Assembly (NCBI GenBank): GCA_963808605.1
Contig: CAWEGQ010000009.1
Coordinates: forward strand, 472,697 to 536,696
Direction of reading: 5' to 3'
DNA length: 64,000 nucleotides
Source: an uncultured Solirubrobacterales bacterium
GTDB taxonomy: Bacteria; Actinomycetota; Thermoleophilia; Solirubrobacterales; Solirubrobacteraceae
Notes under the pieces: model-generated
Database searches by the model: none
What the model was told of the DNA's origin: nothing
What the model saw: the letters and a program-made list of their open reading frames with translations, nothing else
Position numbers and translations under genes: made by a program
Shown: positions 37,422 through 48,937 of the stretch, piece after piece
Layout: every line of letters begins with the position of its first letter
How positions within the stretch are numbered: position 1 is the stretch's first letter

Positions 37422-37775
37422 ATGGCTCAGACCAAGAAGAAGCGCCGCAGCAAGCACCGCGGCACCGCCGCCGGAACGATTTCGGCCCGCGGGCGCACCG
37501 GGCGCCCGCCCTCCCCGGAGGAGCGCAAGAAGGCCGCCCGCGCGACGGTCCGCGAGAACCGGCTGAACACCCCGCCGACGTGGGCGTCCTCGTCCAAGCG
37601 CGCGGGACTGGCCGCCGGCTTCATGTTCGTCTTCCTGTTCTTCACCAACAAGAACAAGGTGGCGCCCGCGGCGGTGTTCGCGATCCTGGCGTTTGTCCTC
37701 TACGTCCCGGCGGGCTACTACATGGAGGTCTTCCTGTTCCGCCGCCGCCAGGAGAAGAGGGCCAGGGAGAAATGA
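37422..37775 (+). CDS. Small basic membrane protein (hypothetical)
   Basis: MAQTKKKRRSKHRGT Lys/Arg-rich N-terminus followed by two TM helices; ATGA-coupled to the next gene. Confidence 0.6.
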   Translation: MAQTKKKRRSKHRGTAAGTISARGRTGRPPSPEERKKAARATVRENRLNTPPTWASSSKRAGLAAGFMFVFLFFTNKNKVAPAAVFAILAFVLYVPAGYYMEVFLFRRRQEKRAREK

Positions 37776-38419
37776 TCGACGTCCGGATGTTCACCGTCGG
37801 ACCGGTGGCGGAGAACTGCTTCATCGTTCGCGCCCAGGGCTCCGATCGAGGCCTGGTGATCGACCCCGGCGAGGAGCCCGATCGGCTGATCGAGGCGCTG
37901 AGCGCGCTGGGGATCACGCAGGTCGAGGCGATCCTGCTGACCCACACGCACTTCGATCACATCGGCGCGGTGGCCCCGCTGGCCCGGGCCACCGGCGCGC
38001 CCGTGTGGTGCCCCGAGCTCGAGACCCACGTGCTGGCCAACATCATGGACTTCGTGCCCTGGCCGGGCTTCGGTCCATTCGAGAGCTACGACGCCGACCA
38101 CACCGTCAAGGGCGGCGAAACGCTCGAGCTGGCCGGACTGAGCATCGAGGTGGTGTTCACTCCGGGACACAGCCCGGGCCACGTCACCTATGCGGTCCGG
38201 GACGAGGCCGCCTTGTTCTCCGGCGATGTCCTGTTCCAGGACTCGGTCGGGCGGGTCGATCTCCCCGGGGGCGACTGGCCGACGCTGCTCGCCTCGATCG
38301 AGGGCCTGATCAACGAGTTTCCGCCCGAGACGACCGTCTACCCAGGCCACATGGGCATCACCACGCTGGGACGCGAGCGCGGGAGCAACCCGTTCCTGCG
38401 CGAGCTCGCCGGTCAGTGA
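37772..38419 (+). CDS. MBL-fold metallo-hydrolase (hydroxyacylglutathione hydrolase-like)
   Basis: THTHFDH motif; GHSPGH; PGHM. Confidence 0.85.
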   Translation: MIDVRMFTVGPVAENCFIVRAQGSDRGLVIDPGEEPDRLIEALSALGITQVEAILLTHTHFDHIGAVAPLARATGAPVWCPELETHVLANIMDFVPWPGFGPFESYDADHTVKGGETLELAGLSIEVVFTPGHSPGHVTYAVRDEAALFSGDVLFQDSVGRVDLPGGDWPTLLASIEGLINEFPPETTVYPGHMGITTLGRERGSNPFLRELAGQ

Positions 38420-38441
38420 CACCTCCCGCTCGGAGGACGAC

Positions 38442-39694
38442 GTGCCGTTGATCCAGGCGCCCCGCGGAACGTTCGACATCCTGCCCGAGGATGAGGCCCG
38501 CCGCGAGTACGTCGAGGCCCAGGCCCGGCGCATACTCGGCGCCGCCGGCTTCCGCCGGATCGAGACCCCGACGTTCGAATCGACCGAGTTGTTCGCTCGC
38601 GGGGTCGGAACGGCGACCGACATCGTCGAGAAGGAGATGTATACGTTCGACGACGGCGGCGGACGCTCGCTCACGCTCCGACCGGAGGGGACAGCGCCGG
38701 TGTGCCGCGCCTACATCGAGCACGGCATGCACAAGCTGCCTCAGCCGGTCAAGTTCTGGTACCTCTCGAGCTTCTTCCGCAGCGAGGCGCCACAGCGCGG
38801 GCGCTACCGCCAGTTCTGGCAGGTGGGGGCCGAGTCGATCGGATCGGCCGGCCCTGAGACTGATGCCGAGCTGATCGTGCTGTTGGCCGAGCTGCTCGAC
38901 GCGTTGTCGGTCAAGGACACGCATCTGCACCTGGCCAGCCTCGGCAGCCCCGAGACCCGCGCCGCCTACCGGGACGAGCTGAGCCAGTACCTCCGGGCCA
39001 ACCAGTCGCGGCTCTCGGCCGAGGTGATCCGCCGAATCGACCTCAACCCGATGCGGGCCTTCGATGCCAGCGACCCATCGACGCGCGAGGTGATGGCAGC
39101 CGCGCCGAAGCTGATGGACCGCCTGGCCCCTGAGGACGCCGAGCACTTCGCCCAGGTCCGCGCCCTGCTCGACGACGCCGGTCTGCGCTACGAGCTCGAT
39201 CCTACGCTGGTGCGCGGCCTCGATTACTACACGCGGACTCTGTTCGAGTTCTCCAGCGATGCGCTCGGCGCCCAATCGGGAGTCGCGGGCGGCGGCCGCT
39301 ACGACCGCCTGATCGAACAGCTCGGCGGCCCGGTGACGCCCGCCTCCGGCTGGGCGGCGGGGGTCGAGCGAATGTTGCTGGCGGCGGGCGAGCTGCCGGT
39401 TTCCCCCCCACCGGTCGACCTGTTCGTGGCCATCGCCGACGCTGGCGCGCAAGCCACGCGCACCGCCTTCGGTCTGGCCTCCGAGGCGCGGCGGGCCGGG
39501 CTGGCGGCCCAGCTCGAGCTGGCTGGGCGTTCGCTCAAGGGCCAGCTCAAGCAGGCGGATCGAATTCGCGCCCGCTACGTTGCCATCGTGGCCGGATCCG
39601 AGCAGGTGACCCTCAAGAACATGGAATCGAGCGAGCAGGACGAGCTCGCGCTGGCCGCGGTCATCCCGACGATCCTGCGGGGCAGCAGGCTCTC

Positions 39695-39698
<4 letters not shown>
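38442..39698 (+). CDS. hisS: Histidine--tRNA ligase
   Basis: RGTFDILPED, YTFDDGGGRSLTLRPEGTA, FWQVGAE, GGGRYDRL are class II HisRS motifs. Confidence 0.95.
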
Positions 39699-41458
<1,760 letters not shown>

Positions 41459-41503
41459 CGAGCCTTAGCCGCCCGACCCGTCCACGCGGGCTCATGCTGG
41501 GAC

Positions 41504-42175
41504 GTGCGCCTGCCGAAAATGTCTTCGATGCATGTTTCCCGCCCATTGGTAGGGCTGCTCGTCGGCACGGTTGCGTTCTTCGCGCTCTGGCTCGTCGCGC
41601 TCAAGCCCAGCGCCTCGACGAGCCCGGGCGGCTCTCAGGGCCTGGGTCAGTATCAATCGGCGATCGACAAGGCCCACGCAGCGGTCAACCTGGCCAACGC
41701 GACCAGCGCCGCTCACGGGGGCACGATCGCTGCCAAGCCCGCGGCCACGGTCAAGCCCGCGGCGGTGGTGGTCAAACCCGCGACCGTGGTGGTCAAGCCG
41801 GCGACCCCGACACCGGTTCGGCCGGCCCCGGTGACCAGTACCTCCCGTTTGCAGCTGGTCCAGCAGGCGCTGCGCTCGGGCAAGGTCCTCGCGCTGCTCT
41901 TCTACAACGGCGCGGCCGCGGATGACCGCGCCGTCAAGCAGGAGCTCGCCGCGGTTCCCGGGCACGGCAGGCGCGTGGTCAAGCTGGCGATTCCCATCTC
42001 CGAGCTCGCCCGCTACACGGTCGTCACCAACCAGGTGCAGGTCAGCACGGCACCGACGCTGGTGATCATCGACCGCCGCCACCAGGCGGTGACGATCACC
42101 GGGTTCACCGATCGCTTCGAGATCGCGCAGCGGATCGCGGACGCGCTCGCCGTCAAGTCGCTCGCCGTCAAGTAG
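41504..42175 (+). CDS. Hypothetical membrane-anchored protein with VKPA repeats and a thioredoxin-fold-like C-terminal domain lacking CxxC
   Basis: N-terminal TM LVGLLVGTVAFFALWLVAL; repeat AAKPAATVKPAAVVVKPATVVVKPAT; C-terminal LALLFYNGAAADD...APTLVIID. Start is 41504 or 41519. Confidence 0.6.
   Translation: MRLPKMSSMHVSRPLVGLLVGTVAFFALWLVALKPSASTSPGGSQGLGQYQSAIDKAHAAVNLANATSAAHGGTIAAKPAATVKPAAVVVKPATVVVKPATPTPVRPAPVTSTSRLQLVQQALRSGKVLALLFYNGAAADDRAVKQELAAVPGHGRRVVKLAIPISELARYTVVTNQVQVSTAPTLVIIDRRHQAVTITGFTDRFEIAQRIADALAVKSLAVK
41734..41810 (+). repeat. In-frame tandem repeat (about 21 nt unit) encoding VKPA-type repeats
   Basis: GTGGTGGTCAA(A/G)CC(C/G)GCGACC reiterated. Confidence 0.6.
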
Positions 42176-42203
42176 CGCCCGCAGCGCCTCTATCCTGGCT
42201 CGG

Positions 42204-43679
42204 ATGGACTCCGTCGCCTTCGAGCATCATCTGACCTCGCCGCAGGGGCAGGGCCGGCTGCCCGACGAGGCTTTTACCGTGCTGGCCGACGGCGGCTCGT
42301 GCTGTGACCGCATCCGCTTCTCGCTCAGCATCGACGGCGAGCGGGTCACCGACGCCGGCTTCGACGCTGAGGGTTGCGGATCGGCGTCCGCCGCCGGCAG
42401 CGCCGCGGTGACGCTGGTGCGAGGCCGGGGCGTGCTGGCGGCGGCCCGGATCGGGGCCCCCGAGATCGCCGAGGAGCTCGGCGGCCTCAGTCCCGGCAAG
42501 CTGCACGCCGCCGAGCTGGCCGCCGACGCGCTGGCGCGCGCGCTCGGCGCGGCCGTGCGAGCCCGGGCCGCTCTGGCCACGGCGCCGCAGGGACGCACGC
42601 TGGTCGCCCTCAGCGGCGGGGTCGACAGCGCCGTGGCCGCGCTCCGCTGCGCCGCCGACCGCGAGACGGTGGCGGTCACGCTCGAGCTGTGGGCCGATCA
42701 GGAGAACGACGGCGAACGTAGCTGCTGCTCGGCCTCAGCGGTGGCCGGCGCCCGTCGCCTGGCCCACTCGCTCGGCCTGCCCCACTTCACGATCGATCTG
42801 CGGGAGGAGTTCCGTGCCGGCGTCGTCGAACCGTTCATCGCCGGCTACGCGGCGGGGGAGACGCCCAATCCGTGCGTCGGCTGCAACGGGCACGTGCGGC
42901 TCGACGCGATGCTCGAGCTCGCATCCCGGCTGGGCTGCGAGAAGCTCGCCACCGGTCACTACGCCCGCATCGCGGAGCGAGATCACCCCGCCGGCCCGCT
43001 GCTGCGCGTCGCAGTCGACCCCGACAAGGACCAGACGTACATGCTGGCCGGGCTCGGCCCCGCCTCACTGGCGCGCATGAGCTTTCCGCTCGGCGAGCTG
43101 ACCAAGCCCGCCGTCCGGCGGATCGCGGCCGGCGCGGGGCTGGCCGTGGCCAGCAAGATCGACTCGCAGGACCTTTGCTTTCTCGCGGGCACCGATCGCG
43201 GCCGGTTTCTGGCCCGGCATGGCGGGATCGGCGATCGGCCGGGGACGATCGTCGACCGGGAGGGCGCCGTGCTGGCCCGTCACCGCGGCCACCACCTGTT
43301 CACGGTGGGGCAGCGCCGGGGCATCGGTGTGGCGTCGCGAGAGCCGCTGTACGTGCTGGAGAAGGACGCCACCGGCAATCGCGTGGTGGTCGGGCCGCGC
43401 GCGGAGCTGTCCGCCGAGCGCGTCGTCGTCCGTGGGGCCCGACTGCATCGAGACGGGGCTCGCGTGGACCGGGTCAAGCTGCGTTATCGCTCCGAGCCAC
43501 TGGCCGCGCGCCTGCGGGATGAGGCGCCGGCGGGGCGACACCCGAGCCTGACCGTCGAGCTGGACGAGCCGGTTCTGGGCACGGCGCCGGGACAGCTCGC
43601 CTGTCTGATGGACGGCGAGCTGGTGGTCGGCTGGGGCACGATCGTGCGGGCCCCCGGCGGCACCGGGATCGTCTCGTGA
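42204..43679 (+). CDS. mnmA: tRNA 2-thiouridine(34) synthase MnmA with N-terminal IscU/NifU-like domain (fusion)
   Basis: Residues 1-~115 align to IscU (GGSCCDRIRF, EGCGSASA, GKLHAAELAADAL). Then come the PP-loop LSGGVDSAVAA, NPCVGCN, GHYAR and KDQTYML motifs of MnmA. Confidence 0.9.
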   Translation: MDSVAFEHHLTSPQGQGRLPDEAFTVLADGGSCCDRIRFSLSIDGERVTDAGFDAEGCGSASAAGSAAVTLVRGRGVLAAARIGAPEIAEELGGLSPGKLHAAELAADALARALGAAVRARAALATAPQGRTLVALSGGVDSAVAALRCAADRETVAVTLELWADQENDGERSCCSASAVAGARRLAHSLGLPHFTIDLREEFRAGVVEPFIAGYAAGETPNPCVGCNGHVRLDAMLELASRLGCEKLATGHYARIAERDHPAGPLLRVAVDPDKDQTYMLAGLGPASLARMSFPLGELTKPAVRRIAAGAGLAVASKIDSQDLCFLAGTDRGRFLARHGGIGDRPGTIVDREGAVLARHRGHHLFTVGQRRGIGVASREPLYVLEKDATGNRVVVGPRAELSAERVVVRGARLHRDGARVDRVKLRYRSEPLAARLRDEAPAGRHPSLTVELDEPVLGTAPGQLACLMDGELVVGWGTIVRAPGGTGIVS

Positions 43680-43698
43680 CCGGCCTACACTGCGTCCG

Positions 43699-46353
43699 GT
43701 GACCTCGGACGAGATCCGCAGCAGATTCCTCGAGTTCTTCGCGCAGCGCGACCACCTGGTGTTGCCCTCGGCCTCCCTGGTGCCGGCCGAGCACGATCCC
43801 TCAGCGCTGTTCACGGTCGCCGGGATGCACCCGCTCAAGCCGTACTTCTCGGGCACCGAGCAGCCGCCCCACCCGCGCGCCGCGAGCTGCCAGAAGACGT
43901 TTCGCACCGCCGACATCGGGATCATCGGCACCACGACGCGGCATCTCACCCTGTTCGAGATGCTGGGCAATTTCTCGTTCGGCGACTACTTCAAGCGCGA
44001 GGCCGCCCGCTTCGCCTGGGACCTGTCCCGCGACGGCTTCGGATTTGCGGCCGAGAGCATCTGGATCACCGTGTTCGGCGGCGACGATGAGCTCGGTCTG
44101 GGCCCGGACGAGGACGCGATCGCCGCTTGGCTGGAGATCGGCGTACCGCGCGAGCGGATCGTCGAATGCCCGCGCTCGGAGAACTTCTGGCAGGTCGGTC
44201 CGACCGGTCCGTGCGGGCCATGCTCGGAGCTCTACTTCGATCGCGGCGTGGAGTTCGGGCGGTCTGACGACCTGCCCGGTGGCGAGAACGAGCGCTTCCT
44301 CGAGTACTGGAACCTGGTGTTCATGCAGTTCGACCAGAACCCCGAGCTGACGCTGACGCCGCTCCCGGCCAAGAACATCGATACCGGCCTGGGACTGAAT
44401 CGGCTCGCGGCGCTCCTCCAGGACAAGGAGACCGTGTTCGAGACCGATCAGTTCGCGCCGCTGCTCGAGCTCGGTCAGCAGCTCTCGGGTCGGCGTTACG
44501 GGGACGACTTCCAGACCGATCGGGCGCTGCGGATCCTGGCCGACCATTCCCGCGCGATGACGTTCCTGATCGCCGACGGCGTCGTCCCGTCCAACGAGGA
44601 CCGCGGCTACGTGCTGCGCCGGATCATGCGCCGGGCGATCCTCCAGGGGCGCCACACGCTCGCGCTCGAGCCCGGCTTCCTCGGCACCTACTCCGATCTG
44701 GTGGCCGAGCTGATGGGCTCCACCTACCGAGAGCTCTACGAGCAGCGCGACTCGATCATGAAGTGGCTGAGCTCCGAGGAGGAGGGCTTCGGGCGCACGC
44801 TCGACCAGGGCAGCAAGCTCCTTGACGATCTGATCGCCCGGGCGAAGGATGAGGGCGCGGAGGGCATCGCGGCCGCCGACGCGTTCCTGCTGCACGACAC
44901 CTACGGCTTCCCGATCGACCTGACCCTCGAGCTCGTCGCCGAGCACGACCTCGGCGTCGACGAGGCGGGCTTCGAGTCGCTGATGGAGGACCAGCGGCGC
45001 CGTTCGCGCCTGGGCTCCCCGCGCGGGGTGGAGCGCGGATCCCTGCGCGAGTCGGCGCAGGCGCTGGCCCGTGAGGCCGGGTTCCCCACCGACTTCCGCG
45101 GCTATGAGGCGACGGGGCTCGAGACCACGATCGGCGCAGTGGCATACGAGGACGGGCCCGCGAGCGGGCGCGTGCTGGTCAAGCTGGCGGAATCTCCCTT
45201 CTACGCCACCGGCGGCGGTCAGGTGGCCGATTCCGGGTTTGTCGAATGCACCGACGGCGACTGCCTGGCGCGGGTGGAGGACGTTGTCCGCCTGGGCGAT
45301 GACCAGGTGATCGCGCTGGTGGCGGAACGCGGCGAGCTGAAGCCGGGCGAGCGCGTGCACGCCCAGGTCGACCGCGCCGCCCGGCACGCCACCGAGTGCA
45401 ACCACACCGCCACGCACCTGCTGCATGCCGCGCTGCGTCAGGCACTCGGCCCGCACGTGAAGCAGGCCGGCTCGTACGTCGGTCCGGACAAGCTGCGATT
45501 TGACTTCACCCACGGCGGGGCGCTGACCCCGGACGAGCTCGCGCAGGTCGAGGATGCGGTCAACGGGTGGATCGCTCGAGGCGACCCGGTGCGGGCCCTC
45601 ACCACGACGCTGGACGAGGCGAAGCGACTGGGCGCGATGGCGCTGTTCAGCGAGAAGTACGGCGACGTGGTGCGGATGGTCGAGGTCGGGGACGGCTCGT
45701 ACTCGCGGGAGCTATGCGGTGGCACGCACGTACGTAACACCGCCGAGATCGGTCTGCTGAAGGTGCTCGCTGAGACCTCGAGTGCCGCCAACGTCCGCCG
45801 GATCGAGGCGGTCACGGGGCCGGCGGTGATTGAGCTCGTGCGCAACCACGATCGCGCGCTCGGCCGGGCCGCGCTCACGCTGAGGGTGCCGCCCGAGCGG
45901 GTTCCGGATGCCGTCGAGGAGCTGCGCTCGCGCGTGCGCGACCTCGAGAAGGCAGCCCGGCAAGGCGGCGGCAACGGTGCGGTGGACGTGGACGCTCTGG
46001 CCGGACAGGCCGGCGAGCTCGACGGCGCGCTGGTGCTCGCGGTCGCCGTCCCCGAGATGGACGGCCAGGCATTGCTCGAGCTCACCGACAAGCTCAAGGC
46101 GAAGCTGGGCGACGCCGCGATCGTGCTGGGCAGCGCCGGCGAGGGTCGGGTCGACCTGATCGCCAGCGTGCCGCCCGGGCTGGTTTCGCGCGGGGTCCGC
46201 GCCGGCGAGATCGTCAAGGCCGCGGCGGCCGAGGTCGGCGGCGGTGGCGGCGGCCGGGACACGCTCGCGCGCGCAGGAGGCCGCGACCCTTCGAAATTGC
46301 CCCAGGCGATCGAAGCGGCGCGGGAGGCGATCGCTTCCGCGCTGGGTGCGTGA
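43699..46353 (+). CDS. alaS: Alanine--tRNA ligase
   Basis: FTVAGMHPLKPYF, FEMLGNFSFGDYFK, HTATHLLHAAL, editing domain CGGTH. Confidence 0.95.
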   Translation: MTSDEIRSRFLEFFAQRDHLVLPSASLVPAEHDPSALFTVAGMHPLKPYFSGTEQPPHPRAASCQKTFRTADIGIIGTTTRHLTLFEMLGNFSFGDYFKREAARFAWDLSRDGFGFAAESIWITVFGGDDELGLGPDEDAIAAWLEIGVPRERIVECPRSENFWQVGPTGPCGPCSELYFDRGVEFGRSDDLPGGENERFLEYWNLVFMQFDQNPELTLTPLPAKNIDTGLGLNRLAALLQDKETVFETDQFAPLLELGQQLSGRRYGDDFQTDRALRILADHSRAMTFLIADGVVPSNEDRGYVLRRIMRRAILQGRHTLALEPGFLGTYSDLVAELMGSTYRELYEQRDSIMKWLSSEEEGFGRTLDQGSKLLDDLIARAKDEGAEGIAAADAFLLHDTYGFPIDLTLELVAEHDLGVDEAGFESLMEDQRRRSRLGSPRGVERGSLRESAQALAREAGFPTDFRGYEATGLETTIGAVAYEDGPASGRVLVKLAESPFYATGGGQVADSGFVECTDGDCLARVEDVVRLGDDQVIALVAERGELKPGERVHAQVDRAARHATECNHTATHLLHAALRQALGPHVKQAGSYVGPDKLRFDFTHGGALTPDELAQVEDAVNGWIARGDPVRALTTTLDEAKRLGAMALFSEKYGDVVRMVEVGDGSYSRELCGGTHVRNTAEIGLLKVLAETSSAANVRRIEAVTGPAVIELVRNHDRALGRAALTLRVPPERVPDAVEELRSRVRDLEKAARQGGGNGAVDVDALAGQAGELDGALVLAVAVPEMDGQALLELTDKLKAKLGDAAIVLGSAGEGRVDLIASVPPGLVSRGVRAGEIVKAAAAEVGGGGGGRDTLARAGGRDPSKLPQAIEAAREAIASALGA

Positions 46354-46357
46354 GGTC

Positions 46358-46762
46358 GTGAGGGTGCTGGCGCTCGACTACGGCAGCGCGCGCTGCGGGT
46401 GCGCCATCAGCGACCCGACCGGCGTCCTGGCCACCCCGATAGAGCCCGTGCTAGCGCCCGGGTCAAAGCGCGGGCGCGCCCGGCTGGCCGAGCTGGTGGC
46501 CGAGCTCGGCGTGCAGCGCGTCGTCGTCGGGCTGCCGCTGACGCTGGCCGGGACCGATTCCGCTCAGACCCGGGAGACCCGCGCCTTCGCCCAGTCTCTG
46601 CAGAGCGTTCTGCCGGTCGCCGTCGAGCTCTACGACGAGCGCTTCACCACGCGGCTGGCCACCCGGACCGGGGGACAGGCCAGCGAGGACTCGCGGGCGG
46701 CGGCGCACCTGCTCGAGGGCTGGCTGGCTCGTCGCGCCACCACGGGAGCCCACAGTGTCTGA
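46358..46762 (+). CDS. ruvX: Holliday junction resolvase-like RuvX/YqgF
   Basis: VLALDYGSARCGCAISDP and VVVGLPLTLAG motifs; conserved position after alaS. Start is one of the GTGs at 46346, 46358 or 46364. Confidence 0.85.
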   Translation: MRVLALDYGSARCGCAISDPTGVLATPIEPVLAPGSKRGRARLAELVAELGVQRVVVGLPLTLAGTDSAQTRETRAFAQSLQSVLPVAVELYDERFTTRLATRTGGQASEDSRAAAHLLEGWLARRATTGAHSV

Positions 46763-48134
46763 GTGGAGTCAGCGGACCGCCGCCGAGCGGGAGGCGGCGC
46801 GGCTCGAACGCGAGCGCCGACGCGCGGGTGACGTTTCGCAGCCGGTCGCCGACGAGCCCGGCCCCGCGCCCGCCAGGCCGGCCCCCGCGCCCGAGCCGGA
46901 CCCCGCGCCCGCCGAGCCCGACCCCGCGCCCGCCAAGCCGGCCCCCGCCCGCGCCGAGCAGGGCGCCGTCCTCCAGGACGCTCACGAGACGCCCGCAGGA
47001 ACGCGGCGCGTCTCGGCCCTGCAGCGCAAGCCCGGCAGCACGCGCCCGGTGCGCCGACGCAGCTCGCCCCGGGTTCCCGGCCGCCGCCACTCGCTCCGGG
47101 GTCGGGCCGGAGGGGTGTTGGCGATCGTGGTCGGGGTCGCCCTGATCTGGTTCCTGATCCAGCTGTTTGAACCATTTCAGGGCTCCGGTCACGGCAGCGT
47201 CACCGTGACGATTCCCGCGAAGTCGGGGGTCAGCCAGGTCGGCGACCTGCTCGAGCACGACGGCGTGATCGCCTCGAGCTTCTTCTTCGGTCTGCGAGCC
47301 ACCCTGGAAGGAGATCGGAGCAAGCTGCTGTCGGGCACCTATCAGCTGAAGCTCGGGATGTCCTACGGCGATGTGCTGAGCATCCTGACGACGCCGCCGC
47401 GGGCCGCCAAGGTCACCGCGCTCACCCTGATCGAGGGCCGCACCCGGAGTCAGATCGATGTGCTGCTGCGCCACCAGGGCGTCCGCGGCAGCTACGCGGC
47501 GGCGTCTCGCCATTCGCGCCTACTGGACCCGCACAAGTACGGCGCCCCGCGGAGCACGCCGTCGCTCGAGGGCTTCCTGTTCCCGTCGACCTACCAGTTG
47601 CGCGAGCCGATCAGCGTGGGTGCGCTCGTCGCCGACCAGCTGAACCAGTTCCGCAAGGTGTTCGCCGGGGTGAACCTGAACAGCGCGCGCCGGCGCCACC
47701 TCACCCCGTACGACGTGTTGATCGTCGCCTCGATGATCGAGGGGGAGACGCCGACCGGCCACGATCGCCCACTGATCGCGTCCGTGATCTACAACCGCTT
47801 GCGCGACGGCATGCCGCTCCAGATCGACTCGACCGTTCGCTACGCGGTCGGTAACTACACGACGCCGATCACCCAGTCGCAGCTGGGCTCGCGGTCGCCC
47901 TGGAATACGTATAAGCACAAGGGGCTCCCGCCGACGCCGATCGACAACCCAGGTCTGGCGTCGATTCAGGCGGCCGCCCACCCGGCGAGCACCAACTACC
48001 TCTACTTCGTGGCCAAGCCGTGCGGCAACGGCGCGAGTCTGTTCGCTTCGACGTACGCGCAGTTCCAGGCCGACAACGCCCGGTACGAAGCGGCGCGCGC
48101 GAAGCGGGGCGGGCGCTCGCCGGTGCACTGCTAG
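46755..48134 (+). CDS. mltG: Endolytic murein transglycosylase MltG (YceG-like) with Pro/Ala-rich N-terminal repeats
   Basis: TM segment, LIEGRT, ASMIEGET, NTYKHKGLPPTPIDNPG motifs. Confidence 0.9.
   Translation: MSEWSQRTAAEREAARLERERRRAGDVSQPVADEPGPAPARPAPAPEPDPAPAEPDPAPAKPAPARAEQGAVLQDAHETPAGTRRVSALQRKPGSTRPVRRRSSPRVPGRRHSLRGRAGGVLAIVVGVALIWFLIQLFEPFQGSGHGSVTVTIPAKSGVSQVGDLLEHDGVIASSFFFGLRATLEGDRSKLLSGTYQLKLGMSYGDVLSILTTPPRAAKVTALTLIEGRTRSQIDVLLRHQGVRGSYAAASRHSRLLDPHKYGAPRSTPSLEGFLFPSTYQLREPISVGALVADQLNQFRKVFAGVNLNSARRRHLTPYDVLIVASMIEGETPTGHDRPLIASVIYNRLRDGMPLQIDSTVRYAVGNYTTPITQSQLGSRSPWNTYKHKGLPPTPIDNPGLASIQAAAHPASTNYLYFVAKPCGNGASLFASTYAQFQADNARYEAARAKRGGRSPVHC
46860..46955 (+). repeat. 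In-frame tandem repeat (18-21 nt units) encoding PAPA(R/E/K)P repeats
   Basis: CCCCGCGCCCGCC(A/G)AGCC(G/C)G(G/A)C reiterated 4-5 times. Confidence 0.7.
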
Positions 48135-48937
48135 TGCAGTTAGTGCCGACTCGCCTCGGCGTGCTCGGCTGGCCGGTGGCCCACAGCCGGTCGCCGGCGA
48201 TGCAGAACGCGGCGCTGGCCGCGGTCGGGCTGGAGTCCTGGCGCTACCAGCTGCTCCCGGTTCCGCCCGAGCGCTTCGCCGAAACCGTCGCTGCCCTGCC
48301 CGGCGCCGGCTTCCGCGGGGCCAACGTGACGATTCCTCACAAACGGAGCGCGTTGGCGCTGGCCGACGTGGCCACCGCCCGGGCGCGGGCGATCGGAGCC
48401 GCGAACACGCTCGTGTTCGAGCCCGACGGCACCATCCACGCCGATAACACCGATGCGCCGGCGCTGCTGGCCGCGCTGCCGTTTCCGATGCCCGGGCGCT
48501 CGGCGCTGGTACTCGGGGCGGGCGGCATCGCGCGCGCCGCGGTCTGGGCGCTGCTGGACGCCGGAGCGAGCGAAGTGTCGGTTTGGAACCGCACGCCCGG
48601 CCGGGCTGAGGAGCTTTGCGCAGAGATTGGAGGCCGCCCGGTCCGCGATCTCGCCTCAGCGGACCTGCTCGTCCACTGTACGTCCAGCGGACTGGACAAA
48701 AATGCCTCGGCGTTCAAGCAGCTGCCGCTGAAGGCCGAAAACCTCGATAGGTACGAATGCGTGGTTGATCTGGTCTACAGCGACTCGGGCACCGAGCTAG
48801 TGCGAGCGGCACGCGCGCGCTCGCTGCACGTCGTCGACGGTCTCGAGTTGCTGGTCGGCCAGGGAGCGCTCAGCTTCGAACAGTTCACCGGCCGCCCGGC
48901 CCCGGTGGACGTGATGGACCGAGCGGTGCGGAAGTGA
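48134..48937 (+). CDS. aroE: Shikimate dehydrogenase
   Basis: LGVLGWPVAHSRSPAMQNAA, GANVTIPHK, NTDAPA, LGAGGIARA. GTG start overlaps the mltG stop. Confidence 0.85.
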   Translation: MQLVPTRLGVLGWPVAHSRSPAMQNAALAAVGLESWRYQLLPVPPERFAETVAALPGAGFRGANVTIPHKRSALALADVATARARAIGAANTLVFEPDGTIHADNTDAPALLAALPFPMPGRSALVLGAGGIARAAVWALLDAGASEVSVWNRTPGRAEELCAEIGGRPVRDLASADLLVHCTSSGLDKNASAFKQLPLKAENLDRYECVVDLVYSDSGTELVRAARARSLHVVDGLELLVGQGALSFEQFTGRPAPVDVMDRAVRK

